64,000 bases of DNA, taken from NCBI GenBank assembly GCA_040393845.1, contig JBEBTI010000001.1, positions 658 to 64,657 on the forward strand. Reading direction: 5' to 3'. The translations under genes were made by a program, and so were the position numbers. Below are positions 11,572 to 20,147 of this stretch, piece after piece (position 1 is the first letter of the stretch; each line of letters opens with the position of its first letter). This stretch comes from Nocardioides daejeonensis. GTDB lineage: Bacteria > Actinomycetota > Actinomycetes > Propionibacteriales > Nocardioidaceae. Under the pieces are notes generated by a model. It ran no database searches. It was not told the DNA's origin and saw nothing but the letters and a program-made list of their open reading frames with translations.

Positions 11572-12564
11572 ATGAGGCAGCTGTCAGACAGGCACGGACG
11601 GATCGCCACCGACCTTCGCGTCTCGTTGACCGATCGGTGCAACCTCAGGTGCAGCTACTGCATGCCTGCAGAGGGTCTCGACTGGTTGCCGACCGACGAG
11701 GTGCTCACCGATGACGAGGTGGTGCGCCTGATCGGCATCGCGACGACCGACCTCGGCGTCACGGAGGTCCGGTTCACCGGCGGCGAGCCGTTGGTGCGCC
11801 GTGGGTTGGTCGACATCGTGCGTCGGGTCGCCGCACTGCCCCACCGCCCGGAGATGGCGCTCACCACCAATGCACTCGGACTGCAGCGGGTCGCGGGGGC
11901 GCTTGCCGAGGCCGGACTCGACCGGGTCAACGTCAGTCTCGATTCGGTACGTCCCGAGACCTTCGCCGCGATCACGCGGCGCGACCGGTTGGACGACGTC
12001 CTCAGCGGGCTGGCCGCGGCGCGCGACGCGGGTCTCGGACCGGTCAAGGTCAACGCCGTGCTCCTGCGCGGAGTGAACGACGACCAGGCTGCGGAGTTGT
12101 TGCGGTGGGCCCTGGCCGAGGAGTTCCAGCTGCGGTTCATCGAGCAGATGCCGCTCGACGCCCAGCACGGTTGGAGCCGCGAACGCATGGTCACCGCCGA
12201 TGAGATCTTTGCGATGCTCGACCGCGAGTTCGACCTCGAACCGGCGGGGGAGCCGCGCGGCAGCGCGCCGGCCGAACTGTTCACCGTGGACGGCGGCCCG
12301 GGCACCGTGGGCGTGATCGCCTCGGTGACGCGACCGTTCTGCGGCGACTGCGACCGGGTCCGCCTGACGGCCGACGGTCAGGTGCGCAACTGCCTCTTCG
12401 CCCGGAGCGAGTCCGACCTGCGCGCTGCGTTGCGTGCGGGCGCGAGCGACGAAGAGATCAGCGACCGTTGGCAGGCGGCCATGCTCACCAAGGCGCCGGG
12501 CCACGGCATCGACGACCCGACCTTCCTGCAGCCGACCCGACCGATGTCCGCGATCGGTGGCTGA
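11572..12564 (+). CDS. moaA: GTP 3',8-cyclase MoaA
   Basis: LRVSLTDRCNLRCSYC radical-SAM motif, TGGEP, FCGDCDRVRLTADG..NCLF, C-terminal MSAIGG. Confidence 0.97.
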   Translation: MRQLSDRHGRIATDLRVSLTDRCNLRCSYCMPAEGLDWLPTDEVLTDDEVVRLIGIATTDLGVTEVRFTGGEPLVRRGLVDIVRRVAALPHRPEMALTTNALGLQRVAGALAEAGLDRVNVSLDSVRPETFAAITRRDRLDDVLSGLAAARDAGLGPVKVNAVLLRGVNDDQAAELLRWALAEEFQLRFIEQMPLDAQHGWSRERMVTADEIFAMLDREFDLEPAGEPRGSAPAELFTVDGGPGTVGVIASVTRPFCGDCDRVRLTADGQVRNCLFARSESDLRAALRAGASDEEISDRWQAAMLTKAPGHGIDDPTFLQPTRPMSAIGG

Positions 12565-12581
12565 GGGCTCGGCCGGTCCCG

Positions 12582-12773
12582 CTACTCGTGGGGTACGACG
12601 TCACGCAGGAACTGCCGCGCGCCCAAGAACTCCGAGAGTGACGTGCGGTGCTCGTCGCAGGCGAGCCAGATCTTGCGCCGTTCGGGCGTGTGCAACTTCG
12701 GGTTGTTCCACAACAACTGCCAGGCCGCCGGGTTGTGGCACCCTCGTGCCGAGCAGGTCTCGCCCTCGCCCAC
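12582..12773 (-). CDS. Small conserved actinobacterial Cys/His protein (putative zinc finger)
   Basis: CSARGC...WNNPKLHTPERRKIWLACDEH; RBS GAGGAG 7 nt before GTG 12773. Confidence 0.75.
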   Translation of the reverse strand: MGEGETCSARGCHNPAAWQLLWNNPKLHTPERRKIWLACDEHRTSLSEFLGARQFLRDVVPHE

Positions 12774-12811
12774 CGCTGCACTCCTCGACGACACCTGCAG
12801 ATGAAACGACA

Positions 12812-12873
12812 ATGCCGGACAGCTACGGGGGGAAGCCGTCCGACATGCCGAGAGGCTCTCGGGAGCCTCCGGC
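12812..12873 (-). ncRNA. Putative 6C-like small RNA or structured leader (twin hairpin with C-rich loops)
   Basis: Minus strand reads GCCG-GAGGCUC[CCGA]GAGCCUC-U-CGGC, immediately followed by the 13-bp stem AUGUCGGACGGCU[UCCCCCCGU]AGCUGUCCGGCAU. A -10-like CATGAT lies at 12878-12883. Confidence 0.55.
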
Positions 12874-12924
12874 CCCGATCATGCCACGCGGCCGATCGGC
12901 ATGCACAAGTTTCGGCGCGACTTC

Positions 12925-13254
12925 TCAGCTGTCGCGAGTCTCCGGTTCGGAGCGGGTCGGCGCGGCCGTCGTACCGAGTTCGCGGCCCAGTCCAGCGGTC
13001 GGAAGCGCGGGTGAACTGCTGGTCGGCATTCGGCTGGCCAGGACCACCGCCACGTAGGGAAGCACGACGGCACCGATCACCAACGCCCACCTGAGGACCC
13101 CGGGGCCGACCGCGACCGCGCCGATGAAGCACGCCGTGCGGATCGCCATCGAGAAGAGGTAGCGGCGCTGTCGGGCACTGACGTCGACGCTGTGCCCCGG
13201 CTCTGCAGTGGTGATCCGGATCGGTGTGTCGTGTCGGTCAGCGCGGGACGCCAT
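12925..13254 (-). CDS. DUF3099 family membrane protein
   Basis: RITTA...RQRRYLFSMAIRTACF..LPYVAVVLA; 2 TM. Confidence 0.85.
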   Translation of the reverse strand: MASRADRHDTPIRITTAEPGHSVDVSARQRRYLFSMAIRTACFIGAVAVGPGVLRWALVIGAVVLPYVAVVLASRMPTSSSPALPTAGLGRELGTTAAPTRSEPETRDS

Positions 13255-13319
13255 GCCTCCACCCTACGCCTGCAGTGCACGCTGAGTAGGGTGGGTGACA
13301 ACGACTTCCAGGAGGACAG

Positions 13320-13532
13320 ATGAGCAACCGCACCTACCGCGTCACCGAGATCGTCGGCACGTCGCCCGAGGGCATCGACCAGGCCGTGCGCAACGGGATC
13401 GAGCGCGCCGCGAAGACGCTGCGCCACATCGACTGGTTCGAGGTGACCCAGGTGCGTGGCCAGGCCAAGGACGGCGAGGTCGAGCACTTCCAGGTCGGCC
13501 TCAAGATCGGCTTCCGGCTCGAAGACGAGTGA
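13320..13532 (+). CDS. Dodecin (flavin-binding protein)
   Basis: TYRVTEIVGTS, A.KTLRHIDWFEV, HFQVGLKIGFRL; RBS AGGAGG. Confidence 0.95.
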   Translation: MSNRTYRVTEIVGTSPEGIDQAVRNGIERAAKTLRHIDWFEVTQVRGQAKDGEVEHFQVGLKIGFRLEDE

Positions 13533-13562
13533 GGTCGCTCTCACCTGCGGTGCCAACTGGGT

Positions 13563-13576
13563 CTACCCACTGGTAG
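13563..13576. promoter_or_regulatory. Palindromic operator CTACC-CACT-GGTAG (TAC-N6-GTA family) upstream of fabG-fabI
   Basis: Perfect 5-bp arms, ending 4 nt before the -10 TAGCGT (13581-13586). Confidence 0.45.
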
Positions 13577-13594
13577 GCACTAGCGTCTCAGAGC

Positions 13595-14299
13595 GTGAGC
13601 AGATCCGTACTCGTCACCGGTGGCAACCGCGGCATCGGTCGCGCCATCGCTGAGGCGTTCCTGGCCCAGGGCGACAAGGTCGCCGTCACCACCCGCAACG
13701 GCGGCGCACCCGAGGGCGCACTGGACCTGCGTTGTGACATCACCGACCCGAGCGCGGTCGACACGGCCTTCACTGCGGTCGAGGAGGCCCACGGTCCGGT
13801 CGAGGTCCTGGTCGCCAACGCTGGCATCACCCGCGACACCTTGGTGCTGCGGATGAGCGACGAAGACTGGGACGACGTGATCGCCACCAACCTGACGGGC
13901 TCGTTCCGGGTTGCCAAGCGGGCCGCGAAGGGGATGCTCCGTCTGCGTCGTGGTCGGATCATCTTCATCTCGTCCGTCGTCGGGCTCCTCGGCTCGCCCG
14001 GTCAGGTCAACTACGCGGCGTCCAAGAGCGGCCTGGTCGGGATGGCCCGTTCTCTCTCCCGTGAGCTCGGGTCCCGCTCGATCACGGCCAACGTGGTCGC
14101 ACCGGGGTTCGTCCAGACCGACATGACCGACGTGCTCCCCGAGGAGCAGAAGAAGGCCTACCGGGCCCAGATCCCGCTCGGTCGGTTCGCCTCCGTCGAC
14201 GACGTCGCGGGCGCAGTGACCTTCCTCGCCGGCGATGCCGGCGGCTACATCACCGGCGCCGTGATCCCGGTCGACGGTGGCCTCGGCATGGGTCACTGA
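13595..14299 (+). CDS. fabG: 3-oxoacyl-ACP reductase (FabG1/MabA type)
   Basis: VTGGNRGIG, ANAGITRD, NYAASKSG, VAPGF; paired with fabI. Confidence 0.93.
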   Translation: MSRSVLVTGGNRGIGRAIAEAFLAQGDKVAVTTRNGGAPEGALDLRCDITDPSAVDTAFTAVEEAHGPVEVLVANAGITRDTLVLRMSDEDWDDVIATNLTGSFRVAKRAAKGMLRLRRGRIIFISSVVGLLGSPGQVNYAASKSGLVGMARSLSRELGSRSITANVVAPGFVQTDMTDVLPEEQKKAYRAQIPLGRFASVDDVAGAVTFLAGDAGGYITGAVIPVDGGLGMGH

Positions 14300-14332
14300 C
14301 CCCCACCCTCCAGCGCAGAACAGGAACATCAC

Positions 14333-15103
14333 ATGGGCATTCTCGAAGGCAAGCGGATCCTCGTCGGCGGCGTCACGATGGACTCGTCGATCGGCTTCGC
14401 GGTCGCCAAGGTCGCCCAGGAGCAGGGCGCCACGGTGCTCATCTCCAACTTCGGCCGGGCGCTCAACATCACCAAGCGGATCGCGAAGAGGCTCCCGGTC
14501 GAACCTCCCGTCCTCGAGTTGGACGTCACCGACCCCGAGCACCTCGAGCGGTTGCCAGACCTGGTCCGCGAGCACGTCGACGCTCTCGACGGCGTGGTCC
14601 ACTCGATCGCCTACGGCAACCCCGAGACGCTGCTCGGCGGCAGGTTCATGACCGGCCCCTGGGACGACGTGGCGCAGGCCGTGCAGGTCTCGGCATACTC
14701 ACTGAAGTCGTTGGCGGAGGCGACGCGTCCGTTGATGGGACCCGGGGGTTCTGTGGTCGGGCTCACCTTCGATGCCACGGTCGCCTGGCCGGCCTACGAC
14801 TGGATGGGCGTGGCCAAGGCCGCCCTCGAGTCGACGTCGCGCTATCTCGCCCGCGACCTCGGTCCCGACGGGATCCGGGTCAACCTCGTCTCGGCCGGCC
14901 CGCTCCGCACGCTCGCAGCCAAGGCGATTCCCGGGTTCGAGGACCTGGAGGAGATGTGGTCGACCCGGGCCCCCCTCGGGTGGGACAACACCGACCAGGT
15001 CCCGACCGCCAAGGCGGTGTGCGCCCTGCTCTCCGACTTCTTCCCGGCCACGTCCGGCGAGATCGTGCACGTCGACGGCGGTTTCCACGCGATGGGTGCC
15101 TGA
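14333..15103 (+). CDS. fabI: Enoyl-ACP reductase (InhA/FabI)
   Basis: SSIGFAVA, DGVVHSIAY, AYDWMGVAKAALES, AGPLRTLAA, RAPLGWD. Confidence 0.96.
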   Translation: MGILEGKRILVGGVTMDSSIGFAVAKVAQEQGATVLISNFGRALNITKRIAKRLPVEPPVLELDVTDPEHLERLPDLVREHVDALDGVVHSIAYGNPETLLGGRFMTGPWDDVAQAVQVSAYSLKSLAEATRPLMGPGGSVVGLTFDATVAWPAYDWMGVAKAALESTSRYLARDLGPDGIRVNLVSAGPLRTLAAKAIPGFEDLEEMWSTRAPLGWDNTDQVPTAKAVCALLSDFFPATSGEIVHVDGGFHAMGA

Positions 15104-15142
15104 GCGACTCCGTCCGTTCGGACTGGTGCGACAATGGGAACC

Positions 15143-15667
15143 ATGGACCACGCTCCCACGACCCTGGTCCTGCTGCGTCACGGCAAGGCCAACGCTTCCG
15201 GCCCTTCCGACCACGCGCGTGACCTGGCCGTCTCGGGCCGCCGCGACGCCGCTGCGGCAGGCGAGTGGCTCGCGCGCCGCGGCCTGATTCCCGACCGGGC
15301 GCTGGTGTCCGATGCGCTGCGCACCCAGGAGACCTGGTCGGCATGCGCCGCAGCGGGTCGGTTCGTCTGTCCCGTGGACCACTCTGCGGCCCTGTACGCC
15401 GCGGAGGTGGAGGGCGCCCTGGGCCTGATCCGCAGCACGCCTGCTGATGTCGGCACGCTCGTCGTGGTCGGTCACAACCCGACGATTGCGCTGCTCGCCC
15501 AGCTCCTGGACGACGGTGAGGGCGATCCGGAGGCGGCGGACGGCATGGCGATCGGGTTCCCGACCGCGGCGCTGGCCGTGCTGACCGTCACCGGTGCGTG
15601 GACGGGGCTCGACCTGGGCTCGGCCCGGCTCCGCGGCTTCCACGTGGCGCGGTCCGAGGGCCACTGA
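15143..15667 (+). CDS. sixA: SixA-like histidine phosphatase
   Basis: LLRHGKA, DHARDL, S.ALRTQET, VVGHNP. Start chosen from the -10 GACAAT 7 nt upstream (15134 is an alternative). Confidence 0.85.
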   Translation: MDHAPTTLVLLRHGKANASGPSDHARDLAVSGRRDAAAAGEWLARRGLIPDRALVSDALRTQETWSACAAAGRFVCPVDHSAALYAAEVEGALGLIRSTPADVGTLVVVGHNPTIALLAQLLDDGEGDPEAADGMAIGFPTAALAVLTVTGAWTGLDLGSARLRGFHVARSEGH

Positions 15668-15684
15668 CCTGCCCGCCAGCGATC

Positions 15685-16905
15685 TCAGACCGGGGGAGCC
15701 GGGGTGACGATGCCCGCGGCGGCGTCGGCAGCCTCGACCTCCTCGCGGGAGATGCCGAGCAGATACATGATGGCGTCGAGGTAGGGCACGTTCACTGCCG
15801 TGTCGGCAGCAGCCTGGACGACCGGCTTGGCGTTGTAGGCGATGCCCAGACCTGCCGCGTTGAGCATGTCGAGGTCGTTGGCGCCGTCACCGATCGCGAT
15901 CACCGCCGACTCGGGGACACCGACATCGGCGGCGAACCGACGCAGGGCCGCGGCCTTTCCGGCCCGGTCGACGATGTCGCCGACGACGCGACCGGTGAGC
16001 AGGCCGTTCTCGACCTCGAGTTCGTTGGCCTGGCAGTAGTGGATGTCGAGGTCATCGGCGATCCGTTGGGTGATCTGGCTGAATCCGCCGGAGACCAGAG
16101 CAAACCGATATCCGAGCCGACGCAGGGTCCGGACCAATGTACGTGCACCGGGGTTGAGTTGGATGTTGTCGTAGACCTGGTCGAGAGCCGAGACCGGGAC
16201 GCCCTTGAGCAGGGCGACTCGACTGCGCAGGGACTGGGTGAAGTCGAGTTCGCCGCGCATCGCCTGCTCGGTGACCCGCGCGACCTCGGCCTCGCAGCCG
16301 GCGTGTGCGGCAATCATCTCGATCACCTCGCCCTGGATCAGGGTCGAGTCGACGTCCATCACCACCAGTCGCATGCTGTGACGCAGCAGGCTGGCCGGCT
16401 GGACGGCGACATCCACTCCCAGGCGCGCCGCCTCCTTGGACAACGCCGTACGGAGTGCGGTCGCCTCGGCGCCGGACACGTGGAACTCGAGCGCGGTCAC
16501 CGGATAGCGAGCCATCCGCACGATCCGGTCGATGTTGGCTCCGGAGTCGGCGATCCGTCCCGTGATGGCGCCCACGGCCGAGGCCTTGAGTGGCGAGCCG
16601 AGCACTGTCACGTGCAGTCGCCCGTCACCGCGGGCCCGGTTGTCGCCGTGTCCACGCTCGACCTCGACCTGCATCCCGATGGCGGCCGCAGTCTCCTCGA
16701 CCTGGGCGCGCAACTTCTTCCAGTCCCGCGGTGCGGTGACCAGCACACCGAGCACGAGCCGGCGTCGCAGCACGATCTGCTCCAGGTCGATGACCTCGAC
16801 GCCGGCCTGGGCCAGGGTGCGGAAGATCGAGGACGTGACCCCCGGCCGGTCCTTGCCGGTGACGGTGATCAGCAGGGTGCTCGGGACTTCGGGCTGTTCG
16901 CTCAT
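15685..16905 (-). CDS. serB: Phosphoserine phosphatase with two ACT domains
   Basis: GKDRPG ACT domain, DVDST (HAD motif I), VSGGF, GDGANDLDML. Confidence 0.96.
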   Translation of the reverse strand: MSEQPEVPSTLLITVTGKDRPGVTSSIFRTLAQAGVEVIDLEQIVLRRRLVLGVLVTAPRDWKKLRAQVEETAAAIGMQVEVERGHGDNRARGDGRLHVTVLGSPLKASAVGAITGRIADSGANIDRIVRMARYPVTALEFHVSGAEATALRTALSKEAARLGVDVAVQPASLLRHSMRLVVMDVDSTLIQGEVIEMIAAHAGCEAEVARVTEQAMRGELDFTQSLRSRVALLKGVPVSALDQVYDNIQLNPGARTLVRTLRRLGYRFALVSGGFSQITQRIADDLDIHYCQANELEVENGLLTGRVVGDIVDRAGKAAALRRFAADVGVPESAVIAIGDGANDLDMLNAAGLGIAYNAKPVVQAAADTAVNVPYLDAIMYLLGISREEVEAADAAAGIVTPAPPV

Positions 16906-16939
16906 GTCACGGGAGAGGGTATCGCTGTCGCGACCGACG

Positions 16940-17677
16940 TCAGTGCGGCGGCCAGACCTCGGGAGAGCACGCCGCGACCAGAGCGACGCGTGCAGCCCGT
17001 CCGAGCGGCATCAGTGCAGCTTCTCGGGCCGTGGCCTCGCCTGCGGTCACCGCGCCTCCGTCATCGACCAGAGCAAGCTCGACAACCCGACGAGCGACCT
17101 CGGCCCGGACTGCCAGCGCCACCGCATCGGCCGGAGTTCCGGGCGGGGCGTCGTACGGCGACGAGTGACGCAGGTTCATCAGCTCGTCGGCCACCTCGGG
17201 GCGCCACCGTGCGACGTCGAGGTCGGCGAGCGCTGCAGCGGTCGCCGTGAAGGCCAACCGAAGCGTCCGGTCGGCCTCGCCGATGTCGACCAGTTGTCGG
17301 GGGTGGGCAAGCGTCAATTGCCACACGACGCCCGCGCCGGCGCGGTGCGGCACCAGGCCGTGACCGGCCCCGTCGAGCACCACCGCCTCGCCGGCGGCAA
17401 GGGCGAGGTTGTTGAACGTGGCCGGTCCGCCGAGGCCCACGAGCTGTCCCGGCGCCGGCAGCGCCAGACCTGCTCCGGTGGCGCCGAGGGACCGCACGGT
17501 GCCGAGCGCAGCCATGAGCGCGACGGCCTCGTCGGTGCCGGGGAGTCCGACCACGTGGTGTGCGGCATCGCCGTCGAGGACAGCGTCCAACAGGTCGTCC
17601 GGACTGGTCGTGCCACGCAGCCATGCGGTCATCCACCACGCCATGCGGGCTGAGTCCACGGGTGTGCGGGGGGCCAT
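16940..17677 (-). CDS. Conserved actinobacterial hypothetical protein
   Basis: Coding-like composition (W.TAWLRG..SPDD; LALPAPG..VGLGGP..N..ALAAGEAV); -10 TAGGGT 8 nt upstream of the ATG. Confidence 0.7.
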   Translation of the reverse strand: MAPRTPVDSARMAWWMTAWLRGTTSPDDLLDAVLDGDAAHHVVGLPGTDEAVALMAALGTVRSLGATGAGLALPAPGQLVGLGGPATFNNLALAAGEAVVLDGAGHGLVPHRAGAGVVWQLTLAHPRQLVDIGEADRTLRLAFTATAAALADLDVARWRPEVADELMNLRHSSPYDAPPGTPADAVALAVRAEVARRVVELALVDDGGAVTAGEATAREAALMPLGRAARVALVAACSPEVWPPH

Positions 17678-17717
17678 GGCCCAGCACCCTACGCGTCGGC
17701 TCGATAGGGTCTCGTCC

Positions 17718-18515
17718 ATGAGCGCCGTACTCGACTTCGCCGACGTGACCGTACGCCGCGGGGGCACTGCCCTGCTCGACCGTGTCGACTGGCGGGTCGA
17801 GGAGGGCGAACGCTGGGTCGTGCTGGGTCCGAACGGCGCCGGGAAGACCACCTTGATGCAGGTGGCGTCGGCCCAGATGCATCCCACTGACGGGGTTGCG
17901 GGGGTTCTCGGTGAGGTGTTGGGCGCGGTGGACGTCTTCGACCTGCGGCCGCGGATCGGGGTCACCAGCGCGGCAGTTGCCGAGCGGATCCCGCGCGACG
18001 AACTGGTGCGGGACGTGGTCGTCTCCGCTTCGTACGGCGTGCTGGGCCGGTGGCGCGAGGACTACGACTCGCTGGACCACGAACGGGCCGAGAACCTGCT
18101 CCGGGAGCTCGGCGCCGGGCCGTTGCTCGACCGCACCTTCGGCACCCTGAGCGAGGGTGAGCGCAAGCGGGTGCAGATCGCTCGCGCCCTGATGACCGAC
18201 CCGGAGTTGCTGCTGCTCGACGAGCCGGCCGCGGGTCTCGACCTCGGCGGCCGCGAAGACCTGGTCTCCACCCTGGAGGTGCTGGCCACCGACCCCACGT
18301 CGCCGGCCCTTGTCTTGGTGTCCCACCACGTCGAGGAGATCCCGCCCGGTTTCACCCATGCGCTGTTGCTGGACCGGGGCCGCGTGCTCGCCTCCGGACC
18401 GATCGACGAGGTGATCACCGGCGACGTGCTGGCAGTGGCGTTCCAGATGCCCCTGTCGGTGATGAAGCAGGACGGACGTTTCACGGCGCGACGTCGGACC
18501 CGCCACCGGAACTGA
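17718..18515 (+). CDS. ABC transporter ATP-binding protein (YlmA/ModF-like)
   Basis: GPNGAGKTT, LSEGERKR, LLDEPAAGLD, VSHHVEEIP. Confidence 0.92.
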   Translation: MSAVLDFADVTVRRGGTALLDRVDWRVEEGERWVVLGPNGAGKTTLMQVASAQMHPTDGVAGVLGEVLGAVDVFDLRPRIGVTSAAVAERIPRDELVRDVVVSASYGVLGRWREDYDSLDHERAENLLRELGAGPLLDRTFGTLSEGERKRVQIARALMTDPELLLLDEPAAGLDLGGREDLVSTLEVLATDPTSPALVLVSHHVEEIPPGFTHALLLDRGRVLASGPIDEVITGDVLAVAFQMPLSVMKQDGRFTARRRTRHRN

Positions 18516-18547
18516 CCGGGTCGCGAGCGGGAGGATAGGGTCGGGCC

Positions 18548-19006
18548 ATGGACTGGTTGCACGACAACGCATGGACGGTGTGGCTCGGTGCGTCCATCCT
18601 GTTGGTGATCGGCGAGATGCTCAGCCTCGACCTGATCATGATCATGTTGGCCACCGGCGCCGGCGTCGGCATGATTGCCGCACTGCTCGGCGCGCCGGTC
18701 GTGCTCCAGGCCCTGCTCGCCCTCGGCACCGCGCTGGCCGCGCTCGCGCTGCTACGACCGCCGATCCGCCGCCGCCTGCACTCCGGCCCGGACCTCGCGA
18801 TCGGTCACGAACGCCTGATCGGCAAGCAGGCCAAGGCTCTGAGCCGCATCACGTCGTTGGAGCCCGGTCTGGTCCGGCTCTCCGGTGAGGACTGGACCGC
18901 ACGCCCGTACGACGAAACCGTCGTGATCGAGGCCGGTGCGACGGTCGACGTGCTCGAGATCCGCGGTGCGACCGCAATCGTCCACCCGTTGCCGTCCATC
19001 GAGTGA
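18548..19006 (+). CDS. NfeD family protein
   Basis: N-terminal TMs plus an OB-fold (LIGKQA, G.V.LSGEDWTAR, I.GATAIV); upstream of SPFH. Confidence 0.9.
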   Translation: MDWLHDNAWTVWLGASILLVIGEMLSLDLIMIMLATGAGVGMIAALLGAPVVLQALLALGTALAALALLRPPIRRRLHSGPDLAIGHERLIGKQAKALSRITSLEPGLVRLSGEDWTARPYDETVVIEAGATVDVLEIRGATAIVHPLPSIE

Positions 19007-19034
19007 GCCAGACCCTCCACGAAAGGAAACCTGC

Positions 19035-20147
19035 ATGGTCGTCCTGATCCTGTTGGTGTTGTTGCTGCTCTTCGTCGTGATCGTGTTGGCGAAGACCGTG
19101 CGTATCGTGCCGCAGTCACGTGCTGGCATCGTCGAGCGCTTCGGCAAGTACAAGACCTCCCTCCCCGCCGGCCTCAACGTCCTGGTGCCGTTCATCGACA
19201 AGGTGCGCTACATGATCGACCTGCGTGAGCAGGTCGTCTCGTTCCCGCCCCAGCCGGTGATCACCGAGGACAACCTGGTCGTCTCCATCGACACGGTGAT
19301 CTACTTCCAGGTGACCAACCCGGTGGCTGCGACCTACGAGATCGCCAACTACATCCAGGCCGTCGAGCAGCTCACCATGACGACGCTGCGCAACATCGTC
19401 GGTGGCATGGACCTCGAGGAGACCCTGACCAGCCGCGATGCGATCAACAGCCGGCTCCGTGGGGTCCTCGACGAGGCGACCGGCAAGTGGGGCATCCGCG
19501 TGAACCGGGTCGAGCTCAAGGGCATCGACCCGCCGCCGTCGATCAAGGACTCGATGGAGAAGCAGATGCGTGCCGACCGTGACAAGCGTGCGGCCATCCT
19601 CACCGCCGAGGGCCAGCGGCAGTCCGCGATCCTCACCGCCGAGGGCGCCAAGCAGTCGGCGATCCTCAACGCGGAGGGTGACCGGGAGTCGCAGATCCTG
19701 CGGGCCCAGGCCGACCGGGAAGCAGCGATCCTGCGGGCCCAGGGTGAGGGTCAGGCGATCCAGACCGTGTTCCAGGCGATCCACGACGGACAGCCCGACC
19801 AGTCGTTGCTCGCCTACCAGTACCTCCAGATGATGCCCAAGATCGCCGAGGGCGATGCCAACAAGGTGTGGATCGTGCCGTCCGAGATCGGCAAGGCGCT
19901 CGAAGGTCTGGGCTCCACGATGACCAACCTGCAGGGCATTCCCAAGGACGCCAGCCCGCGGGTGCGCGTCGACATGGGTGAGCCCGGCGGTACGACGCTC
20001 GACCGCCCGGCTGCTGATCCGGCGGTCAGTGGTGCGCACGACGCGGTGGCGGAAGCGATTGCTGCCGCCCAGAGTGCCGAGCAGATGGGTCGTTCGGTGC
20101 CGCAGGAGCCGGAGGCTCCGGACGCGGGGCCTGCGCCCCAACCGTGA
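19035..20147 (+). CDS. SPFH/band-7 (stomatin/QmcA-like) protein
   Basis: IVERFGKY, PFIDKV, VITEDN, TTLRNIVG, KQMRADR, coiled-coil repeats; RBS AAAGGA. Confidence 0.95.
   Translation: MVVLILLVLLLLFVVIVLAKTVRIVPQSRAGIVERFGKYKTSLPAGLNVLVPFIDKVRYMIDLREQVVSFPPQPVITEDNLVVSIDTVIYFQVTNPVAATYEIANYIQAVEQLTMTTLRNIVGGMDLEETLTSRDAINSRLRGVLDEATGKWGIRVNRVELKGIDPPPSIKDSMEKQMRADRDKRAAILTAEGQRQSAILTAEGAKQSAILNAEGDRESQILRAQADREAAILRAQGEGQAIQTVFQAIHDGQPDQSLLAYQYLQMMPKIAEGDANKVWIVPSEIGKALEGLGSTMTNLQGIPKDASPRVRVDMGEPGGTTLDRPAADPAVSGAHDAVAEAIAAAQSAEQMGRSVPQEPEAPDAGPAPQP
19590..19754 (+). repeat. Five degenerate 33-bp (11-aa hendecad) tandem repeats inside the SPFH gene
   Basis: AAILTAEGQRQ / SAILTAEGAKQ / SAILNAEGDRE / SQILRAQADRE / AAILRAQGEGQ. 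Confidence 0.85.

Noticed and set aside
19590-19754. 33-bp tandem repeats that could be mistaken for a CRISPR array or VNTR
   Set aside because: They are in-frame hendecad coiled-coil repeats typical of SPFH/QmcA proteins, with no spacers and no cas genes.
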